A stretch of 63,154 nt of DNA, counting the filler, from Rhabdomonas costata (Eukaryota): the NCBI GenBank assembly GCA_019059605.1. It is 56 parts of 56 records of this genome, joined end to end, with 100 filler letters (N's around TTAATTAATTAA, not from the genome) between each part and the next. Parts side by side here need not be neighbours in the genome. Positions count along the whole stretch, not along the records: positions 35,026 to 36,054 come from JAHMHO010032553.1; positions 36,155 to 37,183 come from JAHMHO010032554.1; positions 37,284 to 38,312 come from JAHMHO010032555.1; positions 38,413 to 39,441 come from JAHMHO010032556.1; positions 39,542 to 40,570 come from JAHMHO010032557.1; positions 40,671 to 41,699 come from JAHMHO010032558.1; positions 41,800 to 42,828 come from JAHMHO010032559.1; positions 42,929 to 43,958 come from JAHMHO010032560.1; 48 more parts are not named here. The stretch is one strand, 5' to 3'. Made by a program: the position numbers and the translations under genes. The notes under the pieces are model-generated. The model searched no databases. It saw only the letters and a list, made by a program, of their open reading frames with translations, and was not told the DNA's origin. Shown piece after piece: positions 35,949-47,213 of this stretch. Positions within the stretch are counted from its first letter, which is position 1, and each line of letters begins with the position of its first letter.

Positions 35949-38900
35949 TACTTCTCACTTTGGGACTCGGCTTTTTTCTTCCGTTTGTTCTGTCAAGTTT
36001 GTCGTTGGGCGGTGCCAACTGGGTTCCTGTGCTTCCGTCGATCAGAGTGGCCTTNNNNNNNNNNNNNNNNNNNNNNNNNNNNNNNNNNNNNNNNNNNNTT
36101 AATTAATTAANNNNNNNNNNNNNNNNNNNNNNNNNNNNNNNNNNNNNNNNNNNNGCTTGCCGTAGTAGCATCAGCCATGAAATCGATGTACTAGATGGCA
36201 ATCCCGAAAAGAAGAACAGAAAGTGCCAAAGGAGCGAACGGAGTAAGCGATACATACGGGAGTCCCGAATCGGAGTGAGTGTCACAACGACCACCATCAC
36301 CACGACCGCCGGGGGGCAGAAGGAGGAAATCCGAGCTTGTGCAAAGATGCGACCTTTCTTCCTTGTTTCCTTCCTTTATTCTTCGTGCCCTACGAGCGGA
36401 GTGGGAGCGAAGCGTAGCAAGCAGCATCACCCCCTGATGGTTAGTGGCCCCAGCGTAAAAGTATGAGGTAAGAAGTCAAGGAGCATGCGAGGGACCGAGC
36501 ATGCGGAGTCACCCTAACATCCCGAGCGTAGCAACGGAGGCTGATGCTGTAGGTGCGTGGCGAAAGCGTCACCTTTAGGTGTTCTTCCTCTTACACCCTC
36601 TACATTAACGTATCTGTCACTCTAACTACGAAATGTAGCGGCATTCTTGCATAGGAGTCATGGTTGTGGTTACTTCTCACGTTAAAATTCCTCAACTTAC
36701 TGCCGTTATCACCACCAGTAATTCCAATTCCACTAACGTCACCGCTTCAACCGCCATCAACATTCCACTTCCATCACACAAAGGCCCTCTGAACCCCTCC
36801 TGACACCCCAGAATCCCACTCCACCAACATCATCAGCGTCAGTAGCGTGTATTCAACTGCAATCGTTGCATCAGAGGTATGAGTAGGTTAGTCGGTAGGA
36901 ATCACGTCAGATTCGTGAATATGCTAAGTGGTATAAATCACGTTAAGCATCATGTCAGTGGTCATGAATCGCGTCTCTGTCATCTGGTATTGTGTCTCTG
37001 TATCATGTTCTGTGTCAGGGTTACGCGTCATGGCATCAGAGATACGCGTCTCTGTATCAGGAACCCTCACAGTAGCGTCAGAGGTAGTAATCACACAACA
37101 GTCAACGCCAGATGCATGAATCACCACAGTAGCAACAGAGTCGAGTAACTGAAGCTCAGAAGTAACACAAATAGACGTGGGTANNNNNNNNNNNNNNNNN
37201 NNNNNNNNNNNNNNNNNNNNNNNNNNNTTAATTAATTAANNNNNNNNNNNNNNNNNNNNNNNNNNNNNNNNNNNNNNNNNNNNTGTTTGTGGGCATATCA
37301 GATGGCCAGGCACACCTTTCCATTCCCGGCATTTCGGTGCTCGGACTGGCTGCCCCCCCCCCACCGCTTTTTTTGTTTCGCCGTTGATTTTTCTGCCGCG
37401 CAGGGTCAGCCGTACGTCCTGCGCGCGCGCGGGGTGTGATTGGAAGGCCCTTCCGAGTCGCAGGCTGTGCTTCCGCCACATGTGCCTCAACTGCGGGAAT
37501 GATAGAGCGCTGTGCGTGCAGCAGGGGTTCGTTCCTCCCTTTACCCACTGCACCGGCGCACCTGCGTTAGCATGCTGTTGGCAGTTTTTTTTTTCTGGAA
37601 ATGACACTGTGTGTTTTTGTGTATGTGTTTGTGTATGTTCCCAAGGCCCCGCTCGCACACCATCGGTCGTAGGTCCCGACACCACCCCTGCGTGTGAGGC
37701 AGGGGGGAGTAACCTGAGGCGGCCAGGCGTGGAGGAGGAGCCCTATGGGCTCATGACCCATCGATTTGGAGAAATTCTGAAGTGTATTTCTAGTATAAAA
37801 ATGGCACCAGCCTTCAAAGACCCCCCCCCCCTAAATGTGCCATTTTAAGGCCTTTTCGGGGTCATGGCCAATGCTCAAGCTCTCAGACCGAGTTCCCTTA
37901 GTGTGTCCAATGATAGTACCCAGGTGTACTTCAGACTGATATCACGTTTGCCTGAGATACACCTCGTCAGTGCACCTCTCACCTCTAAGGGCCATTTAGG
38001 GTCGTTGTTAGGCCATTTTCAGCTCTTGTGCATGTGGTTCCCTCGTGCCTGTGGTTTCCTTGTGCCTGTGGAGACTTTCAAAGGAAAAAGTCGATACGGC
38101 CTCAGCATGACGCATCCAAAGTCATCAGAGAACACCCACCCACACCCATTGAATTCAGTCAATATGGATGAAAAACGAAAATCCGAAAAGTCCGAAAAGT
38201 CTCTTTTTTTTTGAAAACGTTTTGCCACCTCAATTTCGAGGTGAAATGGGTAATATCTGCTGTTGGAACAACAGGGGTCAATCCCCCATGCCCTGCACAG
38301 CACCCCACCACCNNNNNNNNNNNNNNNNNNNNNNNNNNNNNNNNNNNNNNNNNNNNTTAATTAATTAANNNNNNNNNNNNNNNNNNNNNNNNNNNNNNNN
38401 NNNNNNNNNNNNTGAAATGGTGAGTGGTGATGGTGGTGATGCCTAGCAATGACTTCTAGAAGAAGGTTTGGGGGTGTTGAAGTGTATCCCGATTGCCTCG
38501 GATTTGAAGCGGGCGGACCCACGGCCAGCAGCACCGACAGGACATGCCTGCACACTTCAAAAAAACGTCACTCCATCCCTCACTGTTTTGTTTTGTGTGT
38601 GTGATGGGGGGGTTGCATGACATATTCTGCTGCCAGGTTTCTGCGCTCACCCTCTCCCGATGTGCAGGCGTGCTTTCAGTTTGATGCTTTGTTTTTGTTC
38701 TCTTGCCTCAGTGCGCCACAGTCGTTACCCAACACAACACTCTCCTCTCTTCTGAAAAGTGAAAAGTGAGAAGTGAAAAGTGAAAATTTGTGTTTCTTGT
38801 TGTCTCCTCACAGCACCAACCACTCCCCGCAGCTCTCAAGCAGGTCAGCGTATGTGTCTTCCGTGTTGGTTCATGCATTCGCGTGTGTTCGCGCACCTTT

Positions 38901-40825
38901 CCTGTGCCCACTCTACTCTCGTTCTGCCTCTTCTCACCGAAAACTTCCTCGCTTTGAGAAGAGCACATCAGGCCGGTGCCTGTGTATGACTGAAAAAACG
39001 CGGCGCAGGGAGACCTTTGACATGGATTGCACCGTTGACTTCACAGCCCCCCGCCCCCGCCCGACCGACCGAGTATTCACACGATTTCTCGTCCGCAATC
39101 GATGCTTCTTCCATTCACCTCCCGTTCCGCAAACAGTGCTCCCACTCCGTTTTCGGGACACGCACGCACAGGGGCACTAGGGCCGCGCCCCAGCACCCTG
39201 CTCTCGCCGGGGTTGTGGACCGGCGGAGGGGGGCCCGGGGGGACCTTCACAGCACGGCAAGTGCTGCTTGGAATGGGCCACCGCACCGAGCCACCCACCA
39301 GGCTGCCTCCAGCCACCCCAGGGGGCACTACCCCCCGCACTACAACTGGTGGTGTGCCTCCTTTATGAGAAAGAGACAGGCAAAGAGGGAGGGAGGAGAG
39401 AAGGAGGAAGATCTGGACCCCACATCCGTCGCCACAACACANNNNNNNNNNNNNNNNNNNNNNNNNNNNNNNNNNNNNNNNNNNNTTAATTAATTAANNN
39501 NNNNNNNNNNNNNNNNNNNNNNNNNNNNNNNNNNNNNNNNNGTGTGTGGGTGCAGTCCTGAAGCGGGGCGCACAAGGTCAGCATGTCACAGTGTTGCAGG
39601 CTGCGCGCAGCGCTGCTCAGGTCGTCCCTCAGCCGAAAGACCTGCCGGCCGCCCCCAACCAGACGCAGTGGCCATAAAAGAAACGCATAATACCATGGTA
39701 GTAGCAAGCAGCCTAACGGGGTCTGTCCTCCACCCGATATTTACTCTTGCATGGCGGCGCTACTCAGGGTTGACCAGCGATCGCTACGCACAATTTCGGG
39801 GTGGGGGAAACGGGAAAACAGGGAAACGAAACTCCAGGAGCAAAGTTTAGCGCGACAGGGCCAGCGCCGCGGCGGCCAGTGACATTCTGGTGAAAAAGAA
39901 TCACATCAAATAATGTTTACGAAAGAAGCACCAAATTCAATACCTTCTGCTCCGTGTCTTCGAATGCCAGTTCCAGCCACTTAACCTCGTACACCTCCAG
40001 CGGACCAATGTAGTGGATCTAACCCAGGTGAAGAAAGGTAATTAAAAGGTAAAAGGCAATCGCCAGCTTTAACCGAATGGAAACGGCGGGCACTTCTGTC
40101 ACTCATAAGACGCAACGGTGCAACGCAGAGCAAGATACAGAAATAACGAAGGGACACAGTGAATAACAAAGCGAAGGGAGGGTGGAAGAAAGAAGATCTC
40201 ATTTCCCATATTCTTTGACTTCTTCACTTTGCGGAAAGACAGAGCCGTACCACCATGCCCAAGGCGAGGCAGTATTCTCCACTGCAAAGCGAAGGCGGAG
40301 AACTGCACTCCGAGCAGCGATAAATTGCTGCAACAAACCTGAACGAGCAACAGAACGGACGGGTGGAAAATATCTGGAACCGCGCACAACAACAAGACTT
40401 TTGAAGACTGCAGCACAGGCCCACCACACGGCAAGACACATAAACACACGCCAAACAGGCAGCGTTTCCGTGAAAGCACACCAATTTCGAGGGTTACAAA
40501 GAGAAAGCAAGATAACTCACAAAGACGGGAAAAAAGGCAAAGCACAACTTCAACAAGTCGAAAACCTGCGNNNNNNNNNNNNNNNNNNNNNNNNNNNNNN
40601 NNNNNNNNNNNNNNTTAATTAATTAANNNNNNNNNNNNNNNNNNNNNNNNNNNNNNNNNNNNNNNNNNNNCCCCAAAACCTCAATCCTCAAAACCTCGGG
40701 TCTGAGAACGGGCGGTTGGTGACAAGGACACGAATACCGCAACATGAACCGTGTGATTTCGGTGGGCAACATGCGGCGTAGAGCCATTTGCCTGGGCCCG
40801 TGGGATAGAGGCAGATGGCGTAGTG

Positions 40826-40997
40826 GGTGCTGTCGACAAACCCTCCGCTGCGATTGGAAAAGAAGGTGCACAAGAAAAAAGGAAGTGCCGCCAAGGGGCA
40901 CGGGTGGGTACGGCCAGCGGGTGCAAGGACCGGCCACGCATTTCGGGAGGCCCACTGTACATAGAAAAGACCCCGGGCGTCGGCTTTCCCCTCTGAG
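40826..40997 (-). repeat. Interspersed repeat, copy 2 (upstream of the Brr2 exons, probably intronic)
   Basis: Diverged inverted homologue of 33368-33533. Confidence 0.85.
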
Positions 40998-41169
40998 GAA
41001 ACGGTGTAGGTTTTTATTGATTTTTTATGAGTGATGCACCGGGGGATGCAGATGTGAGAGCCTTGTGGGAGCGTGACTGGCCTAAGTATCGACCAGGATC
41101 TGCAGGGAACATGGAAAAACTGAACTTAGCATGATCAATTATGCAAGCTGGGATTCCTCTGGTGCGCAG

Positions 41170-41552
41170 GTCAACGTGCTCTTGCAAGCTCACATCTCCA
41201 GCCTGAAACTGGAGGGCTTCGCGTTGATGGCGGACATGGTTTACATCACTCAGAGCGCTGGCATGTCCCGCACCGGCTGTTTCTTGCTTCCCTAGTTCAC
41301 CCCCCTCGACCGTGACCTTATCTGTGGTGTCTTCTTTACTTGTTGGGGATGGCGGTCTCTAGTCTTCGCAAGTGCCAAGGTGAAGTTGTTGGTTGCAGTC
41401 CTTTGTCTTTCCCCTCAGCTCGAATCTTCCGAGCGCTGCACGAGATTGTGCTGCGCCGCGGCTGGGCCCAGCTCGCTGACAAGGTGCTGAAAACCTCGAT
41501 CATGGTGGAGCGACGGATGTGGCTGTCGCACTCGCCCCTGCGGCAGTTCAAG
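41170..41552 (+). CDS. SNRNP200: U5 snRNP 200-kDa helicase Brr2, Sec63 domain, two exons (41170-41260, 41419-41552)
   Basis: Spliced [75 protein letters not shown]. Confidence 0.93.
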
Positions 41553-44058
41553 GTTGGTTCCCCTTTGGCCTCTTTGAAATGCGTAGCGTTGGATGTCATG
41601 GGCCGCGTTCACCCACTGGTCTCATGTTAGCAGAGTGGGGATTTTCTTTACTGTATTTTCCTTTGAAGAGAAAATACAGTAAAGAAAATCCCCACCCCCN
41701 NNNNNNNNNNNNNNNNNNNNNNNNNNNNNNNNNNNNNNNNNNNTTAATTAATTAANNNNNNNNNNNNNNNNNNNNNNNNNNNNNNNNNNNNNNNNNNNNG
41801 GGGGTGGGTTTTGATAGTTGATCGTTCAGTCGTCCTTTGACTGATTGGCGACTGTCCCCGTACTCACATTGCATGCTTCACTTAGTGCGATCACACTGAA
41901 AGCAATCACGAAGTCTTGGGATTATGCAAGCTGCCTTGGCCGGCTTCGGTGGCCACCCGTGTTCGTAGTTGTAGGGGGGGGGGTTCGTTGATTGGATGGT
42001 GCGGCTCAGGATGGTAGTGTCGGCGGAGTAGACCCAGCGCAGGATGGAACCGCCTCGGTGTCGGCCCCGCGCCTGCCCGACGTGACCTCCCTGCTGGTGC
42101 TTTTGCCGTGGCTGCAGCAGAATGCCGTGCCCTTGCTCGCCAAGGTCGGGCCCATGCTCGATGAGATCGGGTGTGCTGCCATTTACAAGCTGCGTGCGCC
42201 TGTCCCAAGAACAACAGGAACAGCATGCATGCGCGCCAGCCGTCGCCTCTTGTGCGTGCATTTTTTGTGCTGTCAAGATTATCTGGGCAAAACGAGTGAC
42301 AACAGCTATCGTCGTCTTTTGGCGTTCGCTAAATCGATCTCTCGCCGGTCCGCTGGTTGCAACGCCTCGAATGCCTCAGTTCGAAAGCGAAAGGTTCCTC
42401 GGCCAAAGTCTCGGCTGTTTTGCACCTCGGAACAATGTCCCATGCTTCCTACCCCCCTACTTTTCGTTTCGTTCAGTCCTCCAGATCCGAGCAGAAATGC
42501 ATTTTTCACACCTTTCCAGGACATGCACACTGAGAGAGACATTTCGCTTGGAAGGCGAGCTTCTACTGAGTAGAACCCAACCCATGAAAGAGGGAAGAAT
42601 ACAAGTCCGCAGGCAGAGATGTGTAGTTTCGTGAGAGATCGCCCCAACGGAAGGAGCCGCGCATTTAGTGCACGCGACAAGGTAGTTGTCTGTGAGCGAT
42701 TCTTAGGCAGATGTATCCTAGTGGTGGGGGGACACCCGAATTAGTCTCCTCGCAGATATTTCAGAGAATCACATATTCACATATGGTTACCTCAGTTAGC
42801 CAACCACCCCCCAAACACACCCCAACACNNNNNNNNNNNNNNNNNNNNNNNNNNNNNNNNNNNNNNNNNNNNTTAATTAATTAANNNNNNNNNNNNNNNN
42901 NNNNNNNNNNNNNNNNNNNNNNNNNNNNGTGGTGGGTGTGTTTGGGGTTGTGTTTTGCCGTTCGGGCTTTGACATGCCGTGCTGTGTCCTTTTTGCTGCT
43001 TTCAATGCTCCGTGTGGGTGAGGTGTGAGAATGATGAATGACTGGGGTGGAAAAGGTCATGTGATAGGGTTGAAGAGCTCCTCCCGTAACCTCCCGGCCC
43101 AGCTCGATGTTCTAAGAGGCGTCCTTCGAGCTTCCGGGCACATCTCTTCCTTCCTTCCACCTCTTCGGTGTGGCGTCGTTTTATGTCACAAATTCGCCGA
43201 AGTAAATTCATAGAATGCCGGCCCCTTGAAAACATTTCTGCGTGAGAGAGACTGAAAAGGAGCAGCTTTACTTAGACGGCTTAGATGATCACTGAAGAAA
43301 AAGCAGAATAACAGCAAGCTTCGTCAGGGTAGCAAACAAGCATTACCCCGAGAGGGTGTCAGGGAAATGCATGATTTGTAAAAAAAAAAAATCAGAATCA
43401 TTGGCCCCTCGAGGGCCCTCTTTCCCAGAAAAATAATTCTTTTGAATGCCATGCTGTGATTGCCGGATTGCCAGAGGAGTGTTGCTTCAGGTCAGGGGCT
43501 TCCCGATGGGAGGTTGGGATTGGGTGAAGGTGGTCTTTTCATGTGGTGGCCCCGTTGCTCTCTCAGACCTTTCAGCTTTTATTCATTTGGTAAACTTTTT
43601 TACTCGTGATTTTTTGGTGTTCCTCCCCTACCACACTGCCTGTCCTTCTCGCCTCATCTTCCCACAGTTTGTCCCTGCTTTCTTTTCCCACATATAGACC
43701 ATTTATTCCGTCAGTCTTCTGTAAATACGGTTCGACCCTGCTCTCTTTCCTGTCATCCCTCCCCTCCATCCACGTGCAGTTCTTGGGGCACTTTTAGTCC
43801 ATTAACCTACGCGAATGGGTGGCAGCCTGTCCTGCACGGCTTGCGCCCACCTGGACAATCCTGATGACGTCTACCTCACCGCCCGCCCCGCGGCGTTGCC
43901 CTCACCCAACCGTCCCTCGAACATCCCCCCTCTGGTCATTGGAAAACCCCCCGCACGGNNNNNNNNNNNNNNNNNNNNNNNNNNNNNNNNNNNNNNNNNN
44001 NNTTAATTAATTAANNNNNNNNNNNNNNNNNNNNNNNNNNNNNNNNNNNNNNNNNNNN

Positions 44059-44739
44059 GGTTTTGGGTTTGTGGTGGCGTCTTTCAAGAAGTGTCTCGCT
44101 GCTGAGCTGTCCAGCTTGAAGTTTCTTTGTATCCGGCATATTCCACTTGACGATGCGGTGGCCCCCCTGTTTCCGAGTTTTCTTGAAAGGCTTGCAAAGA
44201 ATGAACACCTGTCCTGCATGTTCTTGAAGAAACCCAACGATGTTGCCGTGGTTGGAAAGTTCGCCCAGATCAAGCGGCTTTCGCTCGAGTTGGAAAATCG
44301 ACTGAAGGAGCCCTTTTTACTGCAGGTCCCATTCGAAAAAGAGCATCTGCAAATAGAGGGACTTCTGGATGGTGTTCTCCCCGAGTTGACATCTAAGTTT
44401 AATGTGAGATGCTCGGCATTGAGAAATACCATTGTTATTTTGGGGCTCGCTGAAGAGGATGTTCAAGGAGCTTCTATGTTGGTGGCAAGCCGGTTGAATG
44501 CAAGTCCCGCATCTCACGTTTGTGCGGGTCCCCAACCTGGGAACCGTGTCCTCTTAGAATTTTTCCGGAAGCATCCGGAATCATTGTTTCCGGAGATGAC
44601 TAAGGTTGCGTTTCACGAAGAGGATCACTCATTTTCGGGGCCACAGTCTCTCGTAGATTTCCTTCGTGCTGTGGAGTGCAAAACACCAGGGCAGGTGACC
44701 TCATTTTCAGAGAAGGAATTACTGGATTTGTTGACCGAG
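44059..44739 (+). CDS. Long exon of an unknown protein, possibly degenerate KH-like modules
   Basis: About 225 open codons with globular composition, ending GAG|gtgtgt. Confidence 0.55.
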
Positions 44740-45457
44740 GTGTGTGAATGATAGTCAGAAACACCTTCCGTACGCACGTGCACTGTTGCAGTTGAGGAGT
44801 TTTGCGATGTTTGGACTTTCTTTTGATGCTATTTATTAAGATAAGACATTCCAGTTTGGAAGGAGTGCCTGCATTTGGTCTTGCCTTGGAGGTTAAATTT
44901 TGATCATTTTGCTTTAATTACACCTGCGTTGGGCCTGAAGCAGTTCAGAGCGAAATCCAATAATGAGTGTCGGTCGACCGCTTTATTGTGCAGAGCGTGG
45001 GGGAACTGAATTAGAGGTGGAGATCTTCTTTTATGCGAATTTGCGAATCGTAAAGCTGCTCGGGATTGCGGTGCGTTAGAGTGGCGGNNNNNNNNNNNNN
45101 NNNNNNNNNNNNNNNNNNNNNNNNNNNNNNNTTAATTAATTAANNNNNNNNNNNNNNNNNNNNNNNNNNNNNNNNNNNNNNNNNNNNGTGGTTTTGTAAC
45201 TAACAGATGACAAGGCAGAATGGAACACACTGCCTCATTTGCAATAGACTGACGACAATTATAAGGAAAACAAAGTGGGCCATCTTCGAAGCAAACAGGT
45301 ACATGATTACAACAGTGACGAGCGTCATGGAGCGCCCTACAGCTCCACACGAGGGTTCACTTCTAAACTGGGATGTTGAGTGAGCATAATTAGCAATTGC
45401 AACAGGAGCATCCACCCTGCCTCTATGGCGTGTGGTGGTGTGGGGTGGTAGAGCAAC

Positions 45458-45970
45458 CTCGCTGAGCGGGGTGGTGCCCCAGACGTGCTTCTTCTCAATC
45501 CACTTGTCCAGGCTGCCCCACACATCCAGGCGGGTCTGGTACAGCTTTTGCGTCGCGGTAAGGTTGGTCCACTCCGACACTGGCGCGTCGAACAGCTTCT
45601 GGGTCTCCGTGAACATCGCCACCCGCGCCGCCACGGCCTCAATGCTGTCCTTCACCCCATCCAGCTGTGCGAGCACGTCTCGCGGATCCGCGCTGGGGTT
45701 GACATAGTCCCCGTTGGTGAGGATCGCCATGGTGGCCATCAACTCCTCGTTGGCGGCGTCGATGTTGTTGTCGAGCTGCTGGCTCATGCTCTTCAGGCTG
45801 GAAGTCTTGAAGTCTGTCGCGCTGGTGATGGCCTCCAGGAAGGTGTCCTTCAGGCATTGCTGGTTCTGTGCAGGGCCCCCGATGACCATGTCCTTCTTCA
45901 CGGTGTCCTCTCCGGGGACGTCCAAGCCGTTCTCCTCGGCCAAAGCATACAGCGCCTCAATTTCCTCAAC
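45458..45970 (-). CDS. Exon of an axonemal dynein heavy chain (tail / DHC_N2 region)
   Basis: 513-nt GC3-rich exon: ...VLAQLDGVKDSIEAVAARVAMFTETQKLFDAPVSEWTNL...LDVWGSLDKWIEKKHVWGTTPLSE; tgcag| ... |gttgc. Confidence 0.85.
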
Positions 45971-47056
45971 CTGCAAAGGAATTCAATATATAATGAGTGC
46001 CTATAAGCGTAGCGAGCAACAACTGCAGCAGTGCAGTAGGCTCTGTGCGAACAGCTCTGTATGGACGATACGATTTCATTACAGGTAATTACAGGGCGAC
46101 AAGACAGCACATGTGCAGCCCGCCTTGGCATAGGATCACACCACACACATGCGCACACTTGGTATGAATTATTAAGACAAGCTCATCATTGTTCCGGGCA
46201 CCTTCACCCAACACAANNNNNNNNNNNNNNNNNNNNNNNNNNNNNNNNNNNNNNNNNNNNTTAATTAATTAANNNNNNNNNNNNNNNNNNNNNNNNNNNN
46301 NNNNNNNNNNNNNNNNGTGGGGTGGGAGTGGGGTGCTGTGTTGTTGTAGATAGAGGACGCAGTACGCCGTCACAGTGAGAAAGGCACATCACCACGACGG
46401 TTTCATGGATGCCCCCACCTATCAACCGCCAACCGCATTTCTCACTGTGACGGCGTACTGCGTCCTCTATCTACAACAACACAGCACCCCACTCCCACCC
46501 AGCCAGAGCGCCCAGCACTTTGCGAGAACGCGAACTGGCCCAGCTGAAACAATTTTTGCGGCTCCTCTCCTGTCCGTTTATCTCATCCGTCGCCCTAATA
46601 GACGGGCAAAAAGCCTTCAAATCATACAGGTACCCGTGGCGAACACTAAAACGCACCTAAGATGGGGAAGGACCCGGGGGGGGGGGGCACTAGTGCCACT
46701 ATCCGGCGGTATTATTGGTGGGAAGGGGAGCGCCAAATGTGGAACATCGCCAATAAATTTCGATTGTGGTGAAAGGGTCAAGGCTGACGGTCTAGCCAAA
46801 ACTTTGATTGCACCCTCCGCCGCCGCCTCAATCCGAACTTCTCGCCCAATGTTCCAAGGAGAGCTACGTAGTGGGTACAAGTGCGAACAAACAGCAAAAC
46901 AACAAAACCGGAAAGCAGCAGCGGCTCCTATCGTGCGACCTTAAACTTGTTGAAGCCTAACTTTGATTGTAGTCCATTCAAATTGCACCTCATATATTGG
47001 ACATCTGACATGGCGGTGGACACCAGCATACACCATACTTTCCCCTCTGCTCACAC

Positions 47057-47213
47057 CTTCGCCAAAGTAAGGCCTGTGGCACCAGCAGTAGTACGTCGGG
47101 GGCAGTGGGGCAGACGACTCGAGCAACGCGCAGTAGCCATTGTCGCTGCAGTTTCGTGAACAGCGCTCAAAAATCGCCGTGACGACCACAGGACACGGCA
47201 GCGGGCTGACCGC
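47057..47213 (-). CDS. Exon with an EGF-like domain
   Basis: CSRNCSDNGYC...YYCWCHRPYFGE; ccag| ... |gtgtga. Confidence 0.7.

Noticed and set aside
46320-46500. Perfect 63-bp inverted repeat resembling a pre-miRNA or MITE
   Set aside because: One arm starts at the contig's primer-derived end and is a perfect copy; the same pattern recurs in at least five other contigs, typical of amplification fold-back chimeras
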